Assembly: GCA_009103225.1 (NCBI GenBank)
Contig: RHPI01002090.1
Location: 1,597,932 to 1,661,931, forward strand
Source: Chlorokybus atmophyticus
Lineage: Eukaryota; Plantae; Mesostigma and Chlorokybus algae
Reading direction: 5' to 3'
DNA length: 64,000 nt
The notes below the pieces were generated by a model. That model had not been told where the DNA came from, ran no database searches, and worked only from the letters and a program-made list of their open reading frames with translations. Below, piece after piece: positions 21,823 to 33,733 of the stretch; the stretch's first letter is position 1, and each line of letters begins with the position of its first letter. The position numbers were made by a program, and so were the translations under genes.

Positions 21823-22494
21823 AAGCAAATGAATACTATAACATAAGCGCCTTACCAATAGCTTATGGCAGCAATAGTCGCTATTATGTGAGGGACCACG
21901 TGTCATTAATGTATCAATGACATGTCCCATAACCAATACAATACAACACAGTTTTCAAGTACTTTTCGCTTCGTATCTTATTGAATGCATAACGTGCAAG
22001 CTTTTTATATGAAGCTTCTCTTGTCGCAGATTGACAGTCGTGATGCATTGTCGTTTTTGCACAGAATTCAACACAATGCATTGCAACTTGATTCTTGTAG
22101 AGGGATCACGCTGTAGCTGATTCAATTGGTAAGCTGACAGCTCAAGTGAAGTTGCAAGAATGCCTTGCATGTTGAGACGTCAAGCCGCCGCAATGCCTAA
22201 TTGCAACGTATGAATGTTAAACTGTAATTCCTCGAAAAACCTCGCAATTGGTGACCCAAAGTGGGAACTCCCCAAGTAATTTTTGTTGCGTAGGCTTGCA
22301 GAACTCCTCGTTGGGGCAAGGGCCCAAATCAATTCAAGGCTGTGCTGACCCTAGTATACCGCGGCGCTTATCCATTTTCTGCCGCGGCATACAAGGGCTC
22401 TAGGGTTTCAGTTTCATGCTGCTTCAGGCGTGGGCGTGTGTGGTAAGGGGTGTGGTCGGCGAGGTGGGCAAGCACCTTGGGGCGTGCGGCGGCG

Positions 22495-24170
22495 ATGGCG
22501 GCTGCGGCTGCGGCGGTGGGGTTGGCGTCATCCGCATTATCTGCTGCGGTGCCCGCCCCCACGACCGCGTCGGCGACGCCTGGAGCTCGGAGGCAAGATG
22601 CCTTGCGAGGGGGTTTCTTGCGGGGGCAGCAGCCGGCGGTGGCGCTACGGGGGCAGGCGGCGGCGCCCTTGGTGGGCAGCTGCGGCGCTAGGTCGACAAC
22701 AGCCCGTGCTGGCCTGCTGGATTTCATTGGCGGGGATTACATCCGGCCTGACACTGATCGTTTTATGAAGGTGGGTATCCTTGGCGTGCAGTACCAATGC
22801 TGCATGTCCGCGTAACGAAGGCGGGGTGATGTCGCAATATGCTGCTATACTGCGACATGCTGCGAATGGCGATGTATGCACAGATGTTCTCTCCAGTGCT
22901 TCATCATGCAACAGCAGGTTGCTTGTAGCAATCTGCATTGCACAGACAAGCCAGTACGTTTTGTCAGTTGCCTAGAACCCACATGAGGCTTACAGCTCAG
23001 TATGCCATCATTTAGTCACATTGACACCGTCTTGCTTCTGATGACCGTTGCATTGCATTCTTTTCTCGAAGTAATGCATCATGTTGCCGTTTTAACAGTC
23101 CCTGTCAAGCTGCTGCATTTTGGCAAGCATCAGCAAACACCTTGTATTGCTTTCAAACGTCCATCTTCAGCTGTGCAGTGTTAGTTATCCTAGAAAGTAG
23201 TGCATAGCTTGAGATCTCTCCATTGCTGCGCACGTCAACACAGTGGCAATATGTTTTTGGCCACGTCTTTGTACCATTTTTTTTAATTACTGTCATCTGG
23301 TTAAGGCTGTTGCAACCAGCCCTTTCTGAGTCAGGTTGTACTTGTGAATGAGGGTTGCCCTACACAGGCCGTTGAAGAGGAAGGCGCCGTGGGCTGCTGG
23401 GTTCCTGCAGAGGGTGGTGTGGAAGGCCGCTATGTGAACCGTCTGAAGGGCCTCGGTTACTACATCATGAACATGACCGCACGCGGTTTTGGTGACATCC
23501 CGTCCTACCTTACAAAAACACACGGTCGCACTCCGGTAAGGACATTCGTGCCAGGCTTGCTGATCTGTTATAGCTTCTTGCAACTGGGTAGTCAGCCAGT
23601 AGAGTCCACTACTCATTTTGCCACACTGTCATGTTGGGGTGGCAAACCCTCGTGGGTGTTGTTGTGTGGGTTGCATGCGCTTTTGAATGATATTGCAGTG
23701 CATGCATTGCTGATGAAGCTCCATTGGTACATGTGCAGCCCCACCTTGGAAAACAGCCTCTCAAGATGTTTTACTACCCCGCAGAGCTGGACTCTCGTTT
23801 AGCTGTTCTGCCCCCAAACAAGAAGGGAATCGTCTTGTGGCTCATTGAGGGCAAGGTTGGTTGTACAGCATGCTTGCGTCTGTGAAACACCCTATGTTGC
23901 ACAACCTCCTGAGCAATTGCTTCGCTCTTAGGTGCTTTCACGCGCTGAGTTGCAGTATCTTGCACTGCTCCCAACTCTAAGACCAGAAATCAAGGTCGTC
24001 GTCGAAATCGGCACCAGGTACTTGTGCGCTCCATCATTGCTCACAGCCTGTAACTGACTACCCAATGCCCTGAGCACACTGTTCGTAATTGCAGCCGCAA
24101 CTTCGAGTTTCAGCCACTGAAAGATGTTGCTGCGGGACCGGTTGGCGCACGTGGCGCCCCAGGGAGGTAG
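22495..24170 (+). CDS. ndhN: Chloroplast NDH complex subunit N (5 exons, transit peptide)
   Basis: Spliced peptide GLLDFIGGDYIRPDT..|AVEEEGAVGCWVPAEGGVEGRYVNRLKGLGYYIMNMTARGFGD..|PHLGKQP..KKGIVLWLIEGK|VLSRAELQYLALLPTLRPEIKVVVE.. matches NdhN. Ala/Ser/Arg-rich N-terminus. Confidence 0.92.
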
Positions 24171-26139
24171 TCTGTCCGCGGCATGGTGACAACTTCATCA
24201 AGTTGTGGTGTACACGTTGGAAAACGAGAACATGGATAAGTTAGACTCTGCGCAATTGAGGCTACTACTTGGGTAACGAAGCAATGGTTAAACTAAGCTA
24301 TTAAGCTCTAGGCTTCATCTATTGCACAGCCTGTGGACCTTCAGCTTGGTAGAGCGCGCAAGGCATGTAGCATGCCACCCATGGTAATTATGAAGGGTGT
24401 TGCTGCCAACTTGTAGGTCATGGGGGTGTCTGGGTAAGTGTCGTATATTTTGCATTGTAGCATATGTACCCAATGTCTGAATAGCCTTCAATGGTGTGTG
24501 CATCACAATCCATGGCAAATCTTTGGATACCAATGGGTAAGTGGGTTAGGGCTTTGACGCATCATGCACATGTGTACAGAAGGTCAAAGGACCAATGCAG
24601 CATTCATAGTGTGCTTGCACGCGCTCAGCATGCATTGGACATGGCGCATAGACATTTTGCAGGACTGAACGGATATTGCACGCTTCGAATATGGGGCATT
24701 TGTCAGCCTGATTTGTACGAAGTGCTTCGTTCAGCACTAAGATGGCGGCCACGTCACTGTGTGCATCAGCGAGTGGCTTGCACACCACAGCGGGAGAAGG
24801 CATGGGCGATGCTCTAGCAGAGGAGGGCCATGACCCACCCCAATGACTACGCTGTAAGACGTCGCAGTGCTCTTGGCATGAGGCCCATGCGGCTGATGCA
24901 TGCTAGCAGGCAAAGTCGAGTTGTGCTTTGCGCTTGCATTGTTGTATTAAAGTTTGTTAGCGGTATGGCTTTGATACAGGGTCCATGTGACCATTGGATG
25001 TAAAAGAGAGTGTGGTGGGGCAGTAGTCTCAAAGGCCATGCCAGGTTGAGCACAAGTACACGCAGTCCCACACACGGCGGAGGCGGACGTGGTGTTGGGT
25101 GAGCTGGGGTGAGGTTGGCCCGGTGATAGGCATGATGCGTAGTTGTGTTGTGTCCGCTTGTGTACTTGGTAGGCAGCTACGCATGCTAACAACTCGTTGC
25201 ATGCAATCCATTGGATTATGCTTGCACAGCATTCAACTATCCTTACCACAATCGCAGCATGCAGACACCATATACCACCTTGATAACCGCCAGGCTATAC
25301 GCTAGTTCTACATGCATGACCACCCAGTAGTTTTTCATATCCATCATACTACTGCAAGTGGATAGTGTGTATAGGCGTAATGGTAGCTTGTTACTCGAAA
25401 ACTGGTTTGTAAACAATAATAGAGTAAGGAAACTAAGCCGGCCAACACATAGTATACAACGGATGGATTGGGGCCAATCAGACAAGCAAGCAAGCACAAC
25501 ACAGCAAAGCTTGATAATACAGCACAAGCAAGGCAAAAACAACAGGGTGGGGGCCCCCACGAAACTTTAGCTAAGTGCACTAGTTATAGACCAGCAGAAG
25601 GGAGAAGTTCAGAATCCACCGCCGCCGCCACCCATGACGACGAGGACTGTGCGGCTGCCAATGCCTCCGAGGGTTTAAGCGGCTGCCCGCGCTCTTTTCC
25701 CCTGCGCGTAAGTCACTCACATAACCGGTAGTAATTGCGGCTCATACTTACAACGCGCGTTGCGAATGTAGCAAGGACGCGCAGAGCAGGGCATTTTTGC
25801 AGTGCACAAGGAAGTGTTGTGAGCGGTGCATTAACTGGACATATATGCGGGCAGTGAATCTGCACATAGGGTATAGCAATGAATGTACAAGCATAGCATA
25901 GCAGTAGCCAACAAGCAAACAACCAGCAGCAGCCAACACCAAGCGCATACAAGTATATTACACTACGGGGCTGGGCTTTCTATGTGCAAGTGCAGCAACC
26001 AATACCCACGTAGATAGCAGATGTTGGTACAGCAGCGCCCAGCAAGTACCTGGGCAGCACAAGAGAAGGGCGAAGGGAGAGAAGGGTAGAGGTTGAGACA
26101 GTGCACAGCAGGTCGGCGACTTTATCACCCTTGCCAATG

Positions 26140-26745
26140 CCTACAGGTCCACTGCCCAGTATCGCATCTTATCCTGCAACCCACAACGGGCACAAACGGG
26201 TAATACTCGCCAAAATGGCTGCAGGCGTTAGGGTTTGGAACAAATTTGGCAGTCATTCATGGCAGTCATTCATGGCAGTCATTCACATGAACAAAAAGCG
26301 GGCATTGTACAGCATGCTCCCCACTGAGTCAACATCACGTAGTTACCTTGTGATGACAGCAGTGCTTGATGCAATCAAATCTGAACAGATGTCTATACTT
26401 GCAATCGTAGTGGTAACCTGGTTTGTTCCATAAAGCCGCCCTCAACTTGGAGATGAGCACTCGTCTGTCATATCCCATGCTTTGCATGTCCGACAACAGG
26501 CGCTGCACCTCCTGCAACATGTAGGCAATTGCATGTGTCATGTTGATATCTTACACGTCACGCTAAATGGATAGGACCTAATCTCTCCAAACCTACAACG
26601 CATCATGCACCATTTGCTGTTGCAGAAATTGTTACAAGCAATACATTATGGCATGTGGTAAGGACATAGCCATTAATAAAGTTATCACGGCAGAGTTCTA
26701 ACTACTTGATGCGGATTCACAAGTGCGTAAGTCATCTCCGCGTGC
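26140..26745 (-). CDS. Possible small Cys-rich hypothetical protein (3 putative exons, ~95 aa)
   Basis: Canonical splice sites give MHAEMTYALVNPHQ|EVQRLLSDMQSMGYDRRVLISKLRAALW..CIKHCCHHK|PFWRVLPVCARCG..*; no family recognised. Confidence 0.3.
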
Positions 26746-27033
26746 ATGACGTATCAGACAACTGGCACCACGGCACAGCACGAAGTAGCTGTCATTGCAG
26801 CAAACTCAGCCAACCAGATACCGACGAGAAACAGGGGCCCTACATGCTGTCCCCTTGAGGGAAGCTCTACACTAATGCTCAAGCACCAACACATAGGTAC
26901 AGCAACGCGTGTGCTGCGGGTGCTGGTCCTGCACAGCGCACTGTGATAACTCTTCAGTACCCTTTGCAACAAACTGAACAATCTACAAACAGGCAGCAGC
27001 CAATTGAACAGACTCCAAAGAGCAAGAACGCAC

Positions 27034-28992
27034 TCACTTCTCAAGATGCTCAACATGCAGTGTTCTAGGCGCTTGGCTATCACCAGCCACGCTGGTGCCA
27101 CTGCTACTGTTACCAACAATGTCTTGGTGCTGTGGACTCTCGCGCAGACCCGTCAGGCTTCTATCCCTCGGCTTGAGCGGAACATATTCGGGAGCGAGGT
27201 TGGTACCATCGCTGTGTATGGGTGATGACGTCCCTCGCCGTGAAGTGCTTCCAAGGTTTAACTCCTTGCTATCAATCAATATAGAAACGCTGTCTTCATC
27301 CAAATCTGCATATATGTCGGACATGCTTCCAATAGACCTTTTCGCCTTCAATGGCTTCAAGGGTGGGGGATATATAGGTACAGGGCTTAAAGCTGGCTTG
27401 TCTATGGCAGGTGCGCTCAGGTTGGGAGGCTGCTTTGCCAGCGCTCGCGTGTATAAAGCTGAGAATACAGCCACAACGCCAACCCACTGGCCAATGGTCA
27501 GGGGATGAAAGAAAATCAGGCAGGACAACAATATGCTGAGCATCTGCCTGGTGGTCATCATTGTTGCAAGCACGAGTGCCCCGTATGCGCGTATCGTGCT
27601 GTAGATCAAGCACTGCGATACCGTTGCCGCTATCGACATGATAGTTGCGCCACTGATCAAGTCAATATGCCTGCTTGCAAAGGCCAAGGATGGTACCGCC
27701 TGTCCAAAAGCAAGGAGTCCTGAAGCACAGTACAATGGTTACAAGTCAAACATGCACAAAACATGCGAAACAACACTATTAACCTGCAAGTCCTAGCAAA
27801 CTGGAGCTTTGTAAGCTAACTTGCTTTCTAGAAGGGTCTTACCTATGAGGCTCCCACCAGCAGACATGACGGTCACATAGAAAATCATGTTGGCAGTGGT
27901 CAATGCAGGATATAACCGGAATAATTTGTCCTGGTAGCTGGATGTGAATCCATCAAATATGAGGTACACAGAGATCAGAATGGCGCCATAGGTGGGTGTC
28001 AGCTTTGATGGTTGCGGCAAGTCTGAGGTTACATCCTGCCATTGCACTTAGGGCTTATTCGATCAGCCAATGCGTGATGAGTCACTGCAGCCAAGCGCAT
28101 CGCAGCCAGCACTCACCCCAGTCAGGACAAACATTGTGCAACCCAATGTGACGATCATGGCTGTCACTTTCTGAGGTGTGGTGTACGACTTGCCCATGAA
28201 CAAACCTCCAATGAGCATAACAGGAATCATCTTGGCGCACTTCGCTAAAGTCTGCAGCGGGAAACTGACATACTTAAGCGCCTGCCCAGCAAACCAGTCA
28301 CACTGTCAGCAGGAGAGTGTGCCAACGTACACAAGAAGCTATAACAAATCTGCTACGTGTGCCCCCAAAAGTGCAAATACAAATAAGATTCACTGTTTTA
28401 CATCTCCCCGGCCCCAGACACATCCATGACTCACAAACGGAGAGAACAGAACTACAACATGCATGCCAGCGGCAACAGTCATGCGTCTGCTGCGTGCCTC
28501 CATTTGTGTAGTACTGCAGAACTTACAAATACCAGTAAGTATTCAGTAAGCCGACAGTCTGGGCCTAACTGCGCGGCGTACCTCAGCCTGGCAGGTTGTG
28601 GAGATGATGTTTGAGACCGCCGTGATAGCATATGAAGCGATTGGCGCCTCAGGAGCCAGCGTCTTGCCTTTGTACAGAATGTACACCAATGCGGCCACGG
28701 CCGTCATTAGTCTGTTGCACAGCGTGAGGAACAGCGAGTACTGGAACCGGTCCTGCTCCTCTCCATAGGGTTTGGTCATGATGCGCTCTTGCATAAGACT
28801 ACACACATGCGCTGCCGTAAGACAACAGCATGCACATCAATGACAACAAGCTTAAGCAACACGCCTTCTGCGCAGGGGCAATTAGTGTTGTACTTACGCC
28901 CAGACTGCCAGCGAACCGATCAGGCCAAGCTGCAGCACGCATGCTACGAAGAGCTCCTGGGCGCGCTCGCGGTCCGGCAGCCATTTCGTCAT
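27034..28992 (-). CDS. UAA-family nucleotide-sugar/PAPS transporter (SLC35B2/UTR2-like), multi-exon
   Basis: LMQERIMTKPYG..FQYSLFLTLCNRL, IYLIFDGFTSSYQDKLF, TVSQCLIYSTIRAYGALVLATMMTTRQMLSILLSCLIFFHPLT. Confidence 0.88.
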
Positions 28993-30156
28993 GATGCTGC
29001 TGAGGTCGGTGGTGACATTAACATGCTAATGCAAACTGTCGCGTGAGCACTCACTGTGCCGGCGCACAGCCATGCACTCTACTTCTACCAGGCTACTGCT
29101 TCGAAGGCTGACACTCACATTTATAATGCAGTAACAAACGTACGCTGCGTGGCAGCCACCTAGCTGTACAGCGCCTGTCCATGTGACCTCGCCACCCTGC
29201 GAGCAGACACAATGGACAAGCTTTACGCAAACTGACGCATTTAGTGGGGCATGTCTGCTGCTCCACACTGAGACCTTGTGGTGCAAGCAGCAATGCTACT
29301 CAACTGGAACTCTCAAAACAAACAGTAATCTTCGAGCAGGAAACTGCAACATTAGACGTACTCGCTGCAGGTTGTCTAGTGAGGCTAACGCTAGTTGCCC
29401 TTCAGCCCGTGCATCGCATGCAATGCACCTTGCAGCTGTGTACCTGACGGAAAGCGAAGCACTCTGCTACAGCAACGACGACAACGGCGTTTCCAGCACG
29501 CTAAAGCGTTTAGTCAGCAAATTCGTCCGCCTTAGCCTCTGTTTAGTGGCAAGCAATGCGTCCACCGCACCAGCCGAGACGGAGCAGCATGTGCAGGAGG
29601 AGAACCGCAGCATCAAACCCAGCTAGCAGAGTACTAGCGGCAGCGCTGGCATGGCCACCTGCAGAAATAGGAAGCTGCTGTGGTTGCTTCGCCGCCGCCG
29701 CCGCCGCCGCCGCTGCAGCACCACAAGCAGCGGAGCAGGGTTAGCGAGACTGGCGTAGGTGCGTGCTCAATGCCATGATATTGTTGTTTCCACGCCGTGT
29801 GCTTGATCTGCTCCGGGTTTAACTTAAACCAGTTGCATGCTTAAAACTTTGAAGCATGCAACTGACTGCACGTTATGACGAGCTTCCTGGAAGCGTCGTG
29901 ATGAGGACCCTGCTGCCCTCTTACACTCGTGCCCCCCAGGTAACCCCACAGACTGGGCCATGGTGCCGTCGGCGCATGAGCATTGCAAGTTCCACGGTGG
30001 AGGCTCGAAAGGAGCGGCTCCCCATTCGCTCAGATCCTGTTGGGCAATGCATGAAGGTGGCGGCGGTAAAGTTTACGGTAAACTGTTTACCGAGTCAACC
30101 GGGTCACAAAGGTAAACATGATAACACAGTTGGAATTTGCCTCTCAACAACAACTG

Positions 30157-30243
30157 CCGACGATAGCTCAGTTGGTAGAGCGGAGGACTGTAGGCGTTGC
30201 AGCAGATATCCTTAGGTCGCTGGTTCGAATCCGGCTCGTCGGA
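30157..30243 (+). tRNA. tRNA-Tyr (GUA) with 14-nt intron (30194-30207)
   Basis: CCGACGATAGCTCAGTTGGTAGAGCGGAGGACTGTAG-gcgttgcagcagat-ATCCTTAGGTCGCTGGTTCGAATCCGGCTCGTCGGA. A and B boxes present, acceptor stem CCGACGA/TCGTCGG pairs, downstream TTTT. Confidence 0.96.
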
Positions 30244-30265
30244 CGCAATCGTCCCGGCATCTTTT

Positions 30266-30510
30266 GGTCATCTAGATGTTTTTGTTATCTGGCTCGTCGG
30301 ACGACCATGTCTGTCGAAATGGTGATTTTTCTTGGCTATGGTGGCTGCGTTACACATGTTTGATGACTACACCTAGCTTACTTGGTCATCTAGATGTTTT
30401 TGTTATCTGGCTTGTCGGACGACCATGTCTGGCCGGGAATGTCGAATTGGTAATTTTTCTAGGCTATGGTGGCTGCGTTGCACATGTTTGATGATTACAC
30501 CTAGCTTATT
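30266..30510 (+). repeat. Two-copy ~118-127 bp tandem repeat downstream of the tRNA, each containing the tRNA 3'-end sequence
   Basis: Units start with ggtcatctagatgtttttgttatctggc at 30266 and 30384. Confidence 0.85.
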
Positions 30511-31666
30511 CATGTATTATTTATGGCAGATTAGTTTCGATACGCCAGGCGAATTTCTACTGTTGCATTTCGTCAAGTATAAAGTTTCGCACGCTGTAGG
30601 TATGCAACCCTCTCTCCTCTCCTCGCCTCTCCTCTGCGACAAGTGAAATCTGCTCCCCCACTCTGTCTGCCCTACGTACACTTTTACACTTGCACTTACA
30701 TTCACGTAGTTTATACTAGAGTAGCGCCCCTGTAGGCTAGAGGTGGTGGTGTGCAAATAAGATGTTATGCTCTAGGTGTTTTGGTTGTGTTATGAGCTTG
30801 GTATAAAGTGTTGCATAATGTGTTCTCATACCCTATGCATGCATACGATAATGAACTGAAAGGAGCCACAAAGCATGCATGCAGTAATAAACTGTGGTGA
30901 CTACTATATTATGTTTGCGATCGCTTCTTGTGTTGCCTAGTGCTAGTCTTGCAACAACTGCTCGTATTAATCCATTGTGGGAAGGGTGACAGCGCCGTGC
31001 GTAAGTGTCACATGCAAGCTGAGCGCGCCTGTCCTGGCCATATGCGCGCTGAGGTTGTGTGTGTACATACAACGCAATGTGCATATGCTTGCATTGTGTA
31101 TGATAAATAGAATGCAAGGACTGTGTGACCGCAAACCTTAGCGCAGTTGTACTCTCCCACACTGCCCTGCTATTTGCTTATGTTGCCTAACTGTTAGACT
31201 CGTGTTTTGCCGTGTCTTTGCTTTGTGCCCGTTGCTCGCAGGGGTACAAGTGCGGCTATACTGGCGGACTTGGCTTGGGGCTATAGCGCATTGTCCGTCC
31301 GTCCAAGTGAGTCGGTCGTTGGCCCTAAGCTCGATCTCAACTCTGCCCCTCCCTCCTGCGCCCCTCTCCTGCACAGGTACTGCTATTGCTAGACGCTGCA
31401 GCCCACTTGCCCCCGTTTATTGCATCACACGTAGACCAAGCTCCCTTGATTCTGTGATTATCTTCATTGGTCTGCAATGCTATACCGTATGCATGCCATG
31501 CACACATCTACTATGCACTTGAATGCTGGCACAAGCTTGCACTCGCATGAGCTCCAACACGTCTGCTTGCCCAAGCACAAAGATTATAAGCAGAGACATG
31601 AATCGACGCCCAGCCAAGCAAGCAACACAACAAACACCACCACCACAACCATCATGTTAGTGAGGC

Positions 31667-33513
31667 TCAACTCGTCATCCTGATGATGAGTACCATCCAG
31701 AAGAACATAATGCACACACAGAACATAATGCCTATGGTCAGGCACATGCCGACACTGGTAGAGCTATGCACTTGAGTGGCACGCGCATTTGTGGCAGCTG
31801 CAACACCAAGATTTTTCTCCAGTTCGTGCTCGGCTTTGTCCACCAGCTGCCAGTAAACAATGTTGACAACAGCACCACAAAACACTCCCGTTGGTACTGC
31901 ACCTAGTTTTCAGCATCCAGGGTTACCTTGTGCGAGTCTTGGACACTGCGCTCTACAGCCAGCGTGTTCTGCTTGAGGGCTGCTGCTAGGCTCACCATCT
32001 CATCAGTGAGGTCTTCTTGCAGCTGCGCCTGGGTGCTCAGAAGCGATTGCATGCTCTTGTCCAGTGCCTCTGTGCGCAAGCTGCTACTAGCTCTGCAAAA
32101 CCAACACAATATTTGTAGCACCATGTCAAGAATGGTGGCCATACATAGCCATATACTAAAAACATGGGCATCACATGGAGGATGCATTCGTCTTCGCCAG
32201 TGATCGCCCAACAAGACTGCTTAGAAGCTTGCATGTTGCGCGGTGGCAGTCACCTATGCCGGTTGCGCAGTGCTGATGCCGGTTGCAATGCAGCGCCAGA
32301 CTCTTCACCAGTGCGTACACGTGCTGCCGCGTTGTCGATACCACCATCGTGCGTACTTGGCACTTAAGAGCGGAGGACCATGATGTCATGGCTTGAAGAG
32401 AGACTATGTACACACAACACTGAAGACCTCACACTGAGTTTGCCATGCAGAGAGATACCTGCAGGCCTTGCATACTCTCTCAACGCTGATGTCTGCGATG
32501 CCGTCAAGTGCAGGAAACTTGGCTGGTATCCATGCAGACCAAGTTGAGCGCAAAATGGACACCACCTCGTTTACTGGGTCCTATTCCATTCAACGCACCG
32601 TTGGCTGTTGGGCAGCAAGGTCCTCAAACTTCTTCACCCGCTGCTTCAACTCCTGTGCTTTGCTGCTGCGAAGTGCAATACATCATGTTGGAAACAACAC
32701 AAATGTGCCTCAATCGCAGGGGCTGGAAGGTGAGCGTTGCTAATGGGATGCAGAGGAACTTATAGCCAATCAAACAGCAATATTGAGCTCGAGTTCGTGA
32801 CGACCTTGCGTCTTGTGGTTGCATTTCATCCTCAGCTACTTCCGCCAAGTAGAGCTGCAGTGCCTGCACGTACTGCCAACCAACCTCACGTCAACGGGTG
32901 CATGTAGTAAGGGAACCCTGCTAAGCCAGCAATTGGGGTTGCTGCATGCTTGCGTGGAGTACGCGCCAAATGGTAGTCATTTAAGACATAGCCAGTTACG
33001 CCTTGGCCAGTATCGCTTGTAAGAGCAAGCCTTGTCAGCCTACGCAGCTTGTGCTAGCGCACAGCACCACGCAACACATCTGCCGCAGTTTGCTCATGAC
33101 CTCTTGTGCTACTGTCTGATTTTGCAATCTGGTCACACAGCCTATTTTGCGCAATTGGCGCAGTTATTGTGTTCGCTCTTGTAGCTCAGTTCTGGAGGGT
33201 GTTGCATGTTGCCAAGAGTAGCTACAAGCAAGCTGGTCAACGGTATGTAAGTGACTTGTCCTCGTGTAAGCAAATCATCCAGGCTTCTGAACACACTCAT
33301 ATATATGTCGAGAATTGCCTGTCATCGTACCCCACGTAGCTTGGGGTCAGCGGCAAGAGGCTTGCCACCGTCCTGCTGAAGCCGCCGCTCGCAGGCCGCC
33401 AGCAACCGCTCCAGGTTGACCTCCGCCTTGCTCACGACCACCTTGCTCCCCGCTCCACCGTTCACAGCAACGGCGACCATACCGCCGCCGCCGCCACCGC
33501 CTGCCACCACCAT
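31667..33513 (-). CDS. USE1: ER Qc-SNARE USE1 homolog, multi-exon
   Basis: N-terminal SKAEVNLERLLAACE, SNARE helix QLQEDLTDEMVSLAAALKQNTLAVERSV, and C-terminal TM anchor MCLTIGIMFCVCIMFFWMVLIIRMT. Confidence 0.85.
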
Positions 33514-33733
33514 GCTTAACTACATGGTCCGCAACCACTACCACCACCTCCACCACCACCACCAGCTTTGCTACTAACGCACCAGCTTGCTTACTGCATG
33601 CGGCTGATTAAAGCGCGAATACGTTACTGGAGGTGAACGCAGACACAGGTGAAAGCGGCGGAGGCGCAGGCGCAGGTTGTTGCGGTGGTGTGGCCTGGTA
33701 TATTTCTGTTTGCCAGGGAGGAAGCACACGTAC

